DNA of 32,000 nucleotides. Source: Breznakia blatticola. GTDB taxonomy: Bacteria > Bacillota_I > Bacilli_A > Erysipelotrichales > Erysipelotrichaceae. Under the pieces are notes generated by a model, which saw nothing but the letters and a program-made list of their open reading frames with translations, made no database searches and was not told the origin of the DNA. This document shows, in pieces, positions 8,609 to 17,493 of the stretch. A program made the translations under genes and the position numbers. The stretch lies in contig NZ_SODD01000008.1 in the NCBI RefSeq assembly GCF_004365815.1, positions 1-32,000 of the forward strand, in the 5' to 3' direction. Within the stretch, counting starts at the first letter, position 1. Each line of letters begins with the position of its first letter.

Positions 8609-8959
8609 ATGGCAAATCAAAAAGTATTTCAAATGGATTTTGGCAAGATTTATGAAATGTATATCCAAAAAGTAGAACGTAAAGGCAGGACAAAAAAAGA
8701 ATTGGACACGATTACGATGTGGCTTACAGGATATAATGAAGCAAATCTAAAAAAACAATTAGATAGTCATGTGACAGTAGAAGAGTTTTATACATTTGCA
8801 CCACAGATTCATCCAAATGCAGTGAAGATAACAGGTAGTATTTGTGGGGTGCGCATTGCAGATATTCAAGACCCTCTCATGTTGAATATTCGCTATTTAG
8901 ATAAACTTGTTGATGAGCTGGCTAAAGGTAAAGATATTGAGAAAATTCTAAGAAAATGA
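8609..8959 (+). CDS. DUF2200-family protein, 116 aa
   Basis: N-terminal signature recalled for DUF2200 (FQMDFGKIYEMYIQKVERKGRTKKELDTITMWLTGY). AAGGAG SD. Confidence 0.8.
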   Translation: MANQKVFQMDFGKIYEMYIQKVERKGRTKKELDTITMWLTGYNEANLKKQLDSHVTVEEFYTFAPQIHPNAVKITGSICGVRIADIQDPLMLNIRYLDKLVDELAKGKDIEKILRK

Positions 8960-9126
8960 GAGAAAGTCATATTGATATGGACCACTTTATTCAAAATGCA
9001 CCAGCAATTCATCCAAATGCGAGTATGATTCAAGGTGTCATTGGAAATCAAAAAGTTGAAGATATGGAAGAATCTATACTAAAAACAGTTAAGCAACTGG
9101 AAATCATGTTGAATGAATTGAATTGA
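8956..9126 (+). CDS. 56-aa ORF paralogous to the C-terminal half of the preceding DUF2200 protein (mini-paralog or duplication remnant)
   Basis: ATGA start/stop overlap with the DUF2200 gene. NAPAIHPNASMIQGVIG...LNEL aligns with FAPQIHPNAVKITGSICG...VDEL. The two copies share a 14-nt DNA identity, ATTCATCCAAATGC. Too short to appear in the ORF track. Confidence 0.45.
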   Translation: MRESHIDMDHFIQNAPAIHPNASMIQGVIGNQKVEDMEESILKTVKQLEIMLNELN

Positions 9127-9207
9127 ACCGCTTTCACTTATCTTACGATCATAAGGAAAAAGGAGAAGAACAGAAATTGTTTTTCTCTTTTTTGAATCGT
9201 TAAATCA

Positions 9208-9236
9208 TTGCCGAAATCTTGAATTAGATGTATTAT
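9208..9236 (+). promoter_or_regulatory. Candidate sigma-A promoter for rny
   Basis: TTGCCG (9208-9213), 17-nt spacer, TATTAT (9231-9236). Pattern match only. Confidence 0.35.
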
Positions 9237-9289
9237 TATATATGGGTATCATTACTCAGATTATTACAACAAGAAAAGAGGAGAAACAT

Positions 9290-10840
9290 ATGGATGTAAC
9301 TACAATCCTCTTGTCTGGTGTTATCGGTTTAATTATTGGAATTGCTATTATGGCAATCGCTGGTAAAATGGGGCTTACAAAAAGTGAGCAACAAGCCAAA
9401 TTGACAATACAAGAAGCTGAGTCAAAAGCGGAATCAACAATCAAACAAGCTGTGCTTGAGGGGAAAACGCAGGCTCATGAATTGAAACTTAATGCAGAAA
9501 AAGAAATTAAAGCTCAAGAATCTAAATTATTAGAAAAAGAAAACAGTTTAATTCGTAAAGAAGACAGTCTCAATTTTAGGGATGAGGCTTTAGTGAGCAA
9601 AGAAGTACAATTAGAAAAGAAAAATACGCAATTAAGTGAGAGAATGTCAGCATTAGACAAGAAAGAAGCAGAATTAGAAAAACAAATCGACTCACAAGTC
9701 GAAGAGTTAGAGAGAATTGCAGCAATGACAAGTCAACAAGCAAAAGATGAGTTATTCTCAATTATTGAAAAACGTATGGATAATGAAGTATTATCTTACA
9801 TTAAAGAACGTGAGGATGAAGCAAAGAGTACAGCTGATGAAAAAGCTCGTAATATAATCGCATTGTCGGTACAACGTTTATCGCAAGAAGAAGCAGCTGA
9901 CCGTATGGTAAGCGTAGTAAACCTACCTTCTGAGGAAATGAAGGGACGTATTATCGGGCGTGAAGGACGTAATATTAAAGCAATTGAACAAGCTACAGGA
10001 GTAGATTTAAATATTGATGATACACCTGAAGTAATTACACTTTCTTGTTTTGATCCAATTCGTCGTGAAGTTGCTAGACAAGCACTTGAAAGTTTAATTA
10101 AAGATGGACGTATTCAACCAGGACGTATTGAAGAAGTCGTACGCAAAGTACGTAAAGACATGGATCAAAGTATTCTTAAAGCAGGAGAAGATGCAATTTT
10201 CCGTTTAGGAATTGGAAAAATGGACAAAGATATGATTCGTCTTATCGGAAAACTGAAATATCGTTATTCATACGGACAAAATGCATTACAACATTCAATG
10301 GAAGTTGCTGAACTTACAGGAATGATGGCTGCTGAACTTGGATTAAATCAAGTTCTTGCAAAACGTGCAGGTTTGTTACATGATTTAGGAAAAGCAATCG
10401 ACTATGAAGTAGATGGTTCACATGTAGAACTTGGATATAAGTTTGCTAAAAAACATGGAGAAGATGAAGTTGTATTAAATGCAATTCAATCACACCATGG
10501 AGATGCAGAGCCAAAATACTTAATTAGTAACCTTGTATATGCTGCAGATACATTAAGTGCAGCACGTCCAGGGGCACGTAAAGAACAAATGCAAAACTAC
10601 ATCAAACGCTTGGAAGACTTAGAACGTATTTCAAAATCATTTGATGGTGTAGAAAGTACGTATGCAATTCAAGCAGGACGTGAAATTCGTGTATTTGTGG
10701 CTCCAGATCAAATTGATGATTTGAAAGCTGTAAAATTAGCACGTGAATTAAAAGATAAGATTGAAGCTGAACTTACATATCCAGGACAAATTAAAGTTAC
10801 TGTTATCCGCGAAACAAGAGCTAACGAAATCGCAAAATAA
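9290..10840 (+). CDS. rny: Ribonuclease Y, 516 aa
   Basis: ORF call trimmed to the ATG at 9290 (GAGGAG SD). N-terminal TM, long coiled coil, KH domain (GRIIGREGRNIKAIEQATGVDL) and HD domain (LLHDLGKA...QSHHGD). Confidence 0.95.
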   Translation: MDVTTILLSGVIGLIIGIAIMAIAGKMGLTKSEQQAKLTIQEAESKAESTIKQAVLEGKTQAHELKLNAEKEIKAQESKLLEKENSLIRKEDSLNFRDEALVSKEVQLEKKNTQLSERMSALDKKEAELEKQIDSQVEELERIAAMTSQQAKDELFSIIEKRMDNEVLSYIKEREDEAKSTADEKARNIIALSVQRLSQEEAADRMVSVVNLPSEEMKGRIIGREGRNIKAIEQATGVDLNIDDTPEVITLSCFDPIRREVARQALESLIKDGRIQPGRIEEVVRKVRKDMDQSILKAGEDAIFRLGIGKMDKDMIRLIGKLKYRYSYGQNALQHSMEVAELTGMMAAELGLNQVLAKRAGLLHDLGKAIDYEVDGSHVELGYKFAKKHGEDEVVLNAIQSHHGDAEPKYLISNLVYAADTLSAARPGARKEQMQNYIKRLEDLERISKSFDGVESTYAIQAGREIRVFVAPDQIDDLKAVKLARELKDKIEAELTYPGQIKVTVIRETRANEIAK

Positions 10841-11634
10841 TGAGAATTTTATTTGTTGGTGATATTGTAGGATCGGTCGGTCGAAACATGGTAATCAACA
10901 ATGTAGCTCGTCTTAAGGACGAGCTACAATTAGATTTAGTGGTTGCCAATGGAGAAAATAGTGCACATGGTAAGGGGATTACCCGTAAGATTTACCACGC
11001 TTTGCTTAATGCAGGTGTGGATGTAATCACTATGGGAAATCACACTTACTCTAAAGATCCAATCTTTCAATTTATTGATGAGGCAGAACAATTAGTTGTG
11101 CCAATGAACTTAAATCCAGATGATCGCGGACAACACTACAAAGTCGTTGAAGTCAATGGATATAAAGTTTGTATCTGTAATGTAATGGGTGAAGTGTTTA
11201 TGATTGAAGTGAATTCTTCGCCATTTGATTGTATGAAAGAAATTCTTCGTAATGTAGAAGCGGATTTCTATTTTTGCGACTTTCATGCAGAAGCAACAAG
11301 TGAAAAGCTTGCCTTTGCTTATTATTTCAAAGATGAAATACATGCTGTCATAGGTACGCATACACACGTACAAACCGCAGATAACCGTATTATTGGTAAA
11401 TGTGCATACATTAGCGATGCTGGGATGTGTGGAGCATACGAAAGCATTATTGGGCGTGATGTAACAGAAGTATTAACACGCTTTACAACAGATGAAAAAA
11501 CACGCTTTACTGTGGCGGAAGGTGAAGGAATGTTAAATGCAGTTGTTATCGAATTTGATGAAGCACAAAAGTGTGCAACTTCAATTAAACGATTGCAGAT
11601 TCTTCCTGAAAAAGGAGAAATATATTCTGAATAA
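10840..11634 (+). CDS. ymdB: YmdB-family metallophosphoesterase (2',3'-cyclic-nucleotide 2'-phosphodiesterase), 264 aa
   Basis: MRILFVGDIVG...VVANGENSAHGKGIT...GNHT...GTHTHVQTADNRI. ATGA-type overlap with rny, giving the conserved rny-ymdB pair. Confidence 0.9.
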   Translation: MRILFVGDIVGSVGRNMVINNVARLKDELQLDLVVANGENSAHGKGITRKIYHALLNAGVDVITMGNHTYSKDPIFQFIDEAEQLVVPMNLNPDDRGQHYKVVEVNGYKVCICNVMGEVFMIEVNSSPFDCMKEILRNVEADFYFCDFHAEATSEKLAFAYYFKDEIHAVIGTHTHVQTADNRIIGKCAYISDAGMCGAYESIIGRDVTEVLTRFTTDEKTRFTVAEGEGMLNAVVIEFDEAQKCATSIKRLQILPEKGEIYSE

Positions 11635-11699
11635 CAGTTATAATTGACTAACTTCATAGTTAGGTGATAACATGGGAATGTCATAAAGGAGGACTTTAC

Positions 11700-11873
11700 A
11701 TGCCAGTAAAAATTAATTTAGATACTTGTATTGGATGTGGTGCTTGTGTTGGATCTTGTCCAGTTGAATCACTTTCAATGAATGACGATGGAAAAGCAGT
11801 ATGTGACGAAGCAACTTGCATCGACTGTGGTGCTTGCATTGGTACATGCCCTACTGAAGCCATTACTCAATAA
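11700..11873 (+). CDS. 2x[4Fe-4S] ferredoxin, 57 aa
   Basis: ORF call trimmed to the ATG at 11700 (AAGGAGG SD). Two CxxCxxCxxxCP motifs: CIGCGACVGSCP and CIDCGACIGTCP. Confidence 0.9.
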   Translation: MPVKINLDTCIGCGACVGSCPVESLSMNDDGKAVCDEATCIDCGACIGTCPTEAITQ

Positions 11874-11890
11874 TTAATAAAGTCAAAAAT

Positions 11891-11920
11891 AGTGGATTCC
11901 TATGGAGTCTGCTTTTTTTG
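11891..11920 (+). terminator. Intrinsic terminator after the ferredoxin gene
   Basis: 10-bp stem AGTGGATTCC/GGAGTCTGCT (includes G-U pairs), loop TAT, then a T7 tract. Confidence 0.6.
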
Positions 11921-11953
11921 TGTTTCCTAGTTGGTATTTTCACAAGGCAAGTG

Positions 11954-11981
11954 TTGGCAAATGACTTAGATGTGTTATAAT
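11954..11981 (+). promoter_or_regulatory. Candidate extended -10 promoter for miaB
   Basis: TTGGCA (11954-11959), 16-nt spacer, TGtTATAAT (11973-11981). It lies only about 10 nt from the miaB ATG. Confidence 0.5.
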
Positions 11982-11990
11982 GCTAACGAT

Positions 11991-13427
11991 ATGAAAAAGA
12001 ACGACTATAAATTACCAAACTTGAAAGATGCGCAAAAGCGCACCAAACAACAAGTAAAAATTGAAAAAGAATTATTTGAAGTACCAGTAGAAGTGAAAAA
12101 CCTTGGTGTGGATCGCAAATTTTACTTGCGTACTTATGGATGTCAAGCTAATGAACGTGATGGAGAAACCATTGCGGGAATTCTTGAACAACTACACTTT
12201 ACACAAGTGGATACGCCAGAAGAAGCAGATTTTATCTTATTGAATACATGTGCAGTTCGAAAAAATGCAGAAGATAAAGTATTAGGAGAACTAGGATCTT
12301 TAAAACGTTTGAAGCAAACTAACCCAGATTTAATTATGGGGATGTGTGGATGCATGGCGCAAGGAGAAGAAATTGTGGATATTATCTTAAAGAAATATCC
12401 CCATGTGGATTTGGTGTTTGGAACACATAACATACACCGTTTACCAAAATTGTTATATCAAGCCATGATGAATAAAGAACGTACAATCGAAGTATTCTCA
12501 CAAGAAGGTGAAGTGATTGAAAACTTACCTGTGAAACGCTTTGGAACACACAAGGCATGGGTGAATATTATGTATGGATGTGACAAATTCTGTACGTATT
12601 GTATTGTGCCTTACACACGCGGTAAAGAAAGAAGCCGTACGATGGAAGATGTACTTGCTGAAATTCAAACATTGATTGATGAGGGCTTTAAAGAAGTAAC
12701 ACTACTAGGTCAAAATGTAAATTCTTATGGAAAAGATTTGGGTATTGATGGCGGATTTGCACGTTTATTAGAAGAAGTTGCAAAAACGGGTATCCAACGC
12801 ATACGATTTACGACAAGTCATCCTTGGGACTTTAGTGATGCAATGATTGATGTCATTGCGGCATATGATAACATTATGCCATTTATTCATTTGCCAGTAC
12901 AATCTGGTGATAGTGATATGCTAAAAATCATGGGACGTCGATATACGATTGAAGAGTATCGTACATTGTTTGATAAATTAGCAAGCAAGATAAAAAATGT
13001 TGCTTTCTCAACGGACATTATCGTAGGTTTTCCAAATGAAACAGAAGAGCAGTTCCAACGCACGTTGGATATTGTAGAATACTGTCAATTTGATAACGCC
13101 TTTACGTTTATCTATTCACCTCGTGAAGGTACACCAGCTGCTAAGATGCAAGATAATGTACCAATGGAAGTCAAACAAGACCGTTTGAATCGATTGATGG
13201 AAAGAACGAACCACTATGCGCGTTTGAAAAATGAAGCATGGAAAGGTAAAACTTGTAAAGTGCTTGTTGATGGTCCAAGTAAAAAGAATAAAGATGTATA
13301 TTCAGGATACACGGAACAACAAAAACTAGTGAATTTTACAACAGATCAAAAGATCAAAGCAGGAGATATTGTAGATGTAGAAATTACAGATGCAAAAACC
13401 TGGTCATTAAATGGAAAGCAAGTCTAA
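11991..13427 (+). CDS. miaB: tRNA-i6A37 methylthiotransferase MiaB, 478 aa
   Basis: MTTase N-terminal domain (FYLRTYGCQANERD, NTCAVR). Radical-SAM motif CDKFCTYCIVP. C-terminal TRAM domain. The start at 11991 is chosen because the called ATG at 11970 lies inside the predicted promoter. Confidence 0.92.
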   Translation: MKKNDYKLPNLKDAQKRTKQQVKIEKELFEVPVEVKNLGVDRKFYLRTYGCQANERDGETIAGILEQLHFTQVDTPEEADFILLNTCAVRKNAEDKVLGELGSLKRLKQTNPDLIMGMCGCMAQGEEIVDIILKKYPHVDLVFGTHNIHRLPKLLYQAMMNKERTIEVFSQEGEVIENLPVKRFGTHKAWVNIMYGCDKFCTYCIVPYTRGKERSRTMEDVLAEIQTLIDEGFKEVTLLGQNVNSYGKDLGIDGGFARLLEEVAKTGIQRIRFTTSHPWDFSDAMIDVIAAYDNIMPFIHLPVQSGDSDMLKIMGRRYTIEEYRTLFDKLASKIKNVAFSTDIIVGFPNETEEQFQRTLDIVEYCQFDNAFTFIYSPREGTPAAKMQDNVPMEVKQDRLNRLMERTNHYARLKNEAWKGKTCKVLVDGPSKKNKDVYSGYTEQQKLVNFTTDQKIKAGDIVDVEITDAKTWSLNGKQV

Positions 13428-13448
13428 AATGGACTTGTTTTCTTTTGC
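13419..13448 (+). terminator. Weak terminator-like hairpin at the miaB stop
   Basis: CAAGTC/GACTTG 6-bp stem with the stop codon in the loop, followed by TTTTCTTTT. Confidence 0.4.
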
Positions 13449-13488
13449 CTTTGTGGACAATGAATTAGAAAAAGGATAGAATATATAC

Positions 13489-14304
13489 ATGAGTAAGATG
13501 GATTATAAAGTTGGCTTTATCGGCTGCGGAAATATGGGTTCTGCAATTTTAAAAGGAATGCTTCAAGCAAGCCTTTTTGATGCAAACAATATTTATGTAT
13601 ATGCAGCAGATGAAACACAACACGAGAAGTTAAAAAATGAATTTGGAATACGTATTGCAAAAGACAATAAGGAAATTATGGAGCTTTGTGATTTTGTAAT
13701 ACTGGCAGTAAAACCGATTCATTTTCCAAGTGTTATTGAAGAAATTAAAGATGTGTATACATCAGATAAAGTCATTGTCAGTATTGCAGCTGGTATGATG
13801 ATTGATAAGATTCGTAAGTTATTTGAACAAGATGTAAAGGTTGTACGAATTATGCCAAATACACCTGCATTAGTAAATGAAGGCGCAAGTGGAATTTGTG
13901 CAAGTGATAACATCAGTGTTCAAGAAAACCAAGTCGTAACATCAATTTTTTCAGCATTGGGTGTAACTGTCCAAATACCCGAAGAAAAGATGCACGGTGT
14001 AGTTGCTGTAAGTGGTTCAAGTCCTGCCTATGTATTTATGTTTATTGATGCATTGATTCAAGGTGGAATGAAACAAGGACTATGTTATGAAGATGCGCGA
14101 TTACTTGCAAGTCAAAGCGTACTTGGAGCAGCAAAGTTGGTTCAAGAAAGTGAAGACTCTTTGGATCAATTGGTTAAAAATGTATGTAGTCCAGGAGGGA
14201 CAACGATAGAAGCAGTTCATGTCCTGGAAGATAAACAGCTAAAAGACATCGTAATGGAAGCGATGGAGGCATGTGCAAATAAGTCTAGAAAGATGAGTGA
14301 GTAA
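13489..14304 (+). CDS. proC: Pyrroline-5-carboxylate reductase, 271 aa
   Basis: Rossmann motif VGFIGCGNMGSAI. RIMPNTPALV. C-terminal SPGGTT signature. Confidence 0.93.
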   Translation: MSKMDYKVGFIGCGNMGSAILKGMLQASLFDANNIYVYAADETQHEKLKNEFGIRIAKDNKEIMELCDFVILAVKPIHFPSVIEEIKDVYTSDKVIVSIAAGMMIDKIRKLFEQDVKVVRIMPNTPALVNEGASGICASDNISVQENQVVTSIFSALGVTVQIPEEKMHGVVAVSGSSPAYVFMFIDALIQGGMKQGLCYEDARLLASQSVLGAAKLVQESEDSLDQLVKNVCSPGGTTIEAVHVLEDKQLKDIVMEAMEACANKSRKMSE

Positions 14305-14306
14305 GT

Positions 14307-15203
14307 ATGTTACAAACACAGAACTTAAAACATAACGGTGATGAGCGGACCAAAAAGTTCGTTAAGAATATTGCATTTATCATTGCAGGATGTTTTATCT
14401 CTTCTTGTGGGATTTCATTTTTCTTAACTCCAGTGCATATATATTCCAGTGGGATTTTAGGAGTTGCGCAAATTGTGCGTACCCTTTTGGCAGATGTTGG
14501 TATTGTATTTCCCTTTGAAATTAGTGGGATTATCAACTTCTGTTTCAATATTCCATTATTTATTTTAGCGTATACAAAAATCTCAAAACGATTCTTCTCG
14601 TTGACTTTGCTTTGTATTGCTATGCAGACAACTTTTTTATCTATTATTCCCGTACCCTCTGCACCTGTCGTTCATGATGCACTGGCATCTTGTTTAGCCG
14701 GTGGGTTTATTGCTGGGTGTGGAACTGGAATAATGCTTCGAGCTCATGGTTCAAGCGGTGGACTTGATATTGTTGGGGTCTATCTATCCCAACGAAATCC
14801 AAACTTTAGTGTGGGGAAGTTATCATTGATGGTAAATACTTGTTTATTTATCGTTTGTGCGATCTTGTTTAATATCGATACAGCGATTTACTCAATGATT
14901 TACTTGGTGGTATCAACCTTTGTGATTGACAAGGTTCACTATCAAAACATCAATATGACAGCGATGATCTTTACAAGAAATAAAGATATTGTTGATTTTA
15001 TTACGCATGAATTACATCGTGGTGTAACCTACTGGCAAGGGGTTGGTGGTTACACAGAAAAAGAAACCTATGTACTTATGACAGCAGTGAGTAAAGATGA
15101 AGTGCATTTCTTAAAACATCAAATTAAGAAAATTGATCGTCATGCCTTTATCATATTCTCTGAAGGATTAAGTGTCAGTGGAAATTTCTTGAAACATCTA
15201 TAA
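14307..15203 (+). CDS. YitT-family membrane protein (DUF161 repeats + DUF2179 C-terminal domain), 298 aa
   Basis: Multi-TM N-terminal part with GSSGGLDIVG. The soluble C-terminal domain GVTYWQGVGGYTEKETYVLMTAVSKDEV is typical of YitT proteins. Confidence 0.85.
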   Translation: MLQTQNLKHNGDERTKKFVKNIAFIIAGCFISSCGISFFLTPVHIYSSGILGVAQIVRTLLADVGIVFPFEISGIINFCFNIPLFILAYTKISKRFFSLTLLCIAMQTTFLSIIPVPSAPVVHDALASCLAGGFIAGCGTGIMLRAHGSSGGLDIVGVYLSQRNPNFSVGKLSLMVNTCLFIVCAILFNIDTAIYSMIYLVVSTFVIDKVHYQNINMTAMIFTRNKDIVDFITHELHRGVTYWQGVGGYTEKETYVLMTAVSKDEVHFLKHQIKKIDRHAFIIFSEGLSVSGNFLKHL

Positions 15204-15214
15204 GAGGGAAACTA

Positions 15215-16921
15215 ATGAAAAAATTATTAAACGTATTACTTGTCTTCGTTATGGCATTTACACTTGTTGCATGTTCTTCTGATGAAGAAGTAAGTACAAC
15301 TGGACTGTCAAATGATAACGAAAACAAAGAATTTACAAAATATGTAGATTCAATGATTGATGAAGTCTTTGATGAAACAGACTATAGCTTGAATTACTTT
15401 TTAGCAGATAAAGAAAAATTTGGATATAGTGATGATGTTCTATATGAACAAAGCATTCCTACATTTGAAGACTTTAAAGTATCACAAGAACAAGGTGATG
15501 CAGTATATGAAAAAATCAAGAGTTTCAAGCGAGATGACTTGAGTGAGCAACAACAATTGACATATGATGTACTCTTAGATGCATATGAACCAGTAAAAGA
15601 TATTCCATTAGAAGATTTATACTACCTTACTACTAATGATTTGGACTATAACCATGGAGCACCAGGTAATATTCCGTTTAACTTTTATTTCTATACATTC
15701 CGTAATGAACAAGATGTGAAATCCTATTTAAATCTATTAGAAACAACGGAATCATATTTTGGAGAACTTATCGCATTCGAACAAGTTCGACAAGATAAAG
15801 GTTTTGGAATGCAACCAATGCATATTGCCAAAACAAAAGAAGTTGTTGAAACATATGTAAGTGGAGATCATTCATTCCTTATTGATTCATTTAAAACAAG
15901 AATCGATGAAGTTGATGGTATATCCAAAAAAGATAAGGCAGCATACATTAAGAAAAATGAAGAGTTAGTAAATGGAACTTTACAAACAGCTTATACAAAT
16001 TTAGCAACTGGACTTGATAACTTACAAGTCAAAGCACTCGATCAAGGTATGGCTCAATATGCAAACGGAAAAGAACTGTTTGCGAAACAAATTAAAGATA
16101 CAACAGGTATGGATATTGAAGAATATCGTACATATGTGAATGATATGGCTACACACTACTTAAATGAAGCACAAGAAAACTATTCGAACATTAGTTTCGC
16201 TAGTAGTGTTTACACGAAATTGAAAGATCCGAATGAAGTATTAGAAGACTTAAGCAAAAAAACAAAAGATGATTTTCCTGCAGTAAGAGATTTAGAGTAT
16301 GAAATGGAAATCGTACCAGAATCAATGCGTAAAATTTTAGGAAATACTGCAGCTGCATACTTTGTTAGTCCAATTGATGAAGTACATACAAAAGAAAGAA
16401 TGATCTTAAATGGAGACTTTACCGGAGAAGATTTTTCAACGATTGCCCATGAAGGATACCCAGGTCATATGTACCAAAAACAATACTACAAAGAACAAGA
16501 ACAACCATTGATTCGTTCGCTTTTAGATTACAGTGGATATACTGAAGGTTGGGCAAATTATGTGCAATTCTTTACAACGAAATATGCACTTAAACCAGAA
16601 GCCGCAAAAGCAAATGATTTAGCAGAAAGATGGCAATATTGTTTAATCTTACAAGCGGATTTAGAAATCAATTATGATGGAAAAACAAAGGAAGAAATGA
16701 TGGAGTCACTTAAGATCTTTGGAGATATTGATGAAATATATTCAACCCTTGCAGTTTCACCTGGAATTTTCGCAGAATATTATGTAGGTGGTCAAAAATT
16801 CATCGATTTATATGAAAAATATGATGATGTTGATCCTAAAAAATTCCATGAAGCGATCCTAAAAGTAGGACCAGCACCGTTCTCAGTTGTTGAAGAATAT
16901 GTAGAGAAAGCCCTTAAATAG
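15215..16921 (+). CDS. DUF885-family lipoprotein (putative metallopeptidase-like), 568 aa
   Basis: Lipoprotein signal peptide with lipobox LVAC-S. DUF885 hallmark HEGYPGHMYQ near the C-terminal third. Confidence 0.85.
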   Translation: MKKLLNVLLVFVMAFTLVACSSDEEVSTTGLSNDNENKEFTKYVDSMIDEVFDETDYSLNYFLADKEKFGYSDDVLYEQSIPTFEDFKVSQEQGDAVYEKIKSFKRDDLSEQQQLTYDVLLDAYEPVKDIPLEDLYYLTTNDLDYNHGAPGNIPFNFYFYTFRNEQDVKSYLNLLETTESYFGELIAFEQVRQDKGFGMQPMHIAKTKEVVETYVSGDHSFLIDSFKTRIDEVDGISKKDKAAYIKKNEELVNGTLQTAYTNLATGLDNLQVKALDQGMAQYANGKELFAKQIKDTTGMDIEEYRTYVNDMATHYLNEAQENYSNISFASSVYTKLKDPNEVLEDLSKKTKDDFPAVRDLEYEMEIVPESMRKILGNTAAAYFVSPIDEVHTKERMILNGDFTGEDFSTIAHEGYPGHMYQKQYYKEQEQPLIRSLLDYSGYTEGWANYVQFFTTKYALKPEAAKANDLAERWQYCLILQADLEINYDGKTKEEMMESLKIFGDIDEIYSTLAVSPGIFAEYYVGGQKFIDLYEKYDDVDPKKFHEAILKVGPAPFSVVEEYVEKALK

Positions 16922-16931
16922 GGCTTTTTTT
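16907..16931 (+). terminator. Intrinsic terminator after the DUF885 gene
   Basis: AAAGCCC/GGGCTTT stem spanning the stop codon, followed by a T-run. Confidence 0.7.
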
Positions 16932-17039
16932 AATGCTCAAAAGATAAAAATTATAAAATATACATTTCTCAAGCGTATGGTGCGACAAGGAGTGAAACTA
17001 TCGTTTACAATAAATGTGTAAAAAAAATGCTTATCCTAC

Positions 17040-17067
17040 TTGAAATATGGGAATTGTGTGGTATAGT
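17040..17067 (+). promoter_or_regulatory. Candidate promoter of the PTS operon
   Basis: TTGAAA (17040-17045), 16-nt spacer, TGgTATAGT (17059-17067, extended -10). Confidence 0.55.
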
Positions 17068-17081
17068 AAGAGTGTAAAGAG

Positions 17082-17093
17082 TGGTATATACCA
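17082..17093. promoter_or_regulatory. Perfect 12-bp palindrome TGGTATATACCA, candidate GntR/HutC operator
   Basis: Self-complementary and contains the GTnTAnAC core typical of HutC-subfamily operators. It lies between the -10 box and the IIB SD. A half-site copy, GTGGTATA, overlaps the -10 box 23 bp upstream. Confidence 0.5.
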
Positions 17094-17109
17094 AGAAAGG
17101 GGAACGAAA

Positions 17110-17412
17110 ATGACAAATATTTTGCTAGTCTGTACAGCAGGAATGTCAACAAGTGCTCTTGTAAAGAAAATGCAAGAAGCAGCAACTGAAATGGGTGTGG
17201 AAACAAACATCTGGGCAGTTGGAGATGCTGACAGTGAAGATGCAATTAAGCAAGCTGATGTAATTTGCTTAGGACCTCAAGTTCGTTATTTAGAAGCAAA
17301 AATGAAAGAACGCGTAAATAACGAAAAACCAGTAATGGTTATCGACATGGCAGCTTATGGAACAATGAATGGTAAAAAAGTTCTTGAAAGCGCTTTAGCT
17401 TTAGTTAAGTAG
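17110..17412 (+). CDS. PTS Lac/Cel-family EIIB component, 100 aa
   Basis: ORF call trimmed to the ATG at 17110 (AAGGGGA SD). Active-site context ILLVCTAGMSTSALV with the phospho-Cys. Confidence 0.92.
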   Translation: MTNILLVCTAGMSTSALVKKMQEAATEMGVETNIWAVGDADSEDAIKQADVICLGPQVRYLEAKMKERVNNEKPVMVIDMAAYGTMNGKKVLESALALVK

Positions 17413-17493
17413 TTTTATTAGGGTGAGTAAATCGGTAGGAAAAGTGAAGATCGATTTATTACATAGTATTGATTCATTTAAAAGGAGAGGAAC

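Noticed and set aside
16993-17009. cre-like sequence TGAAACTATCGTTTACA upstream of the PTS promoter.
   Set aside because: Only the right half (CG-TTTACA) fits the CcpA cre consensus TGWNANCGNTNWCA. The left half does not in any register.
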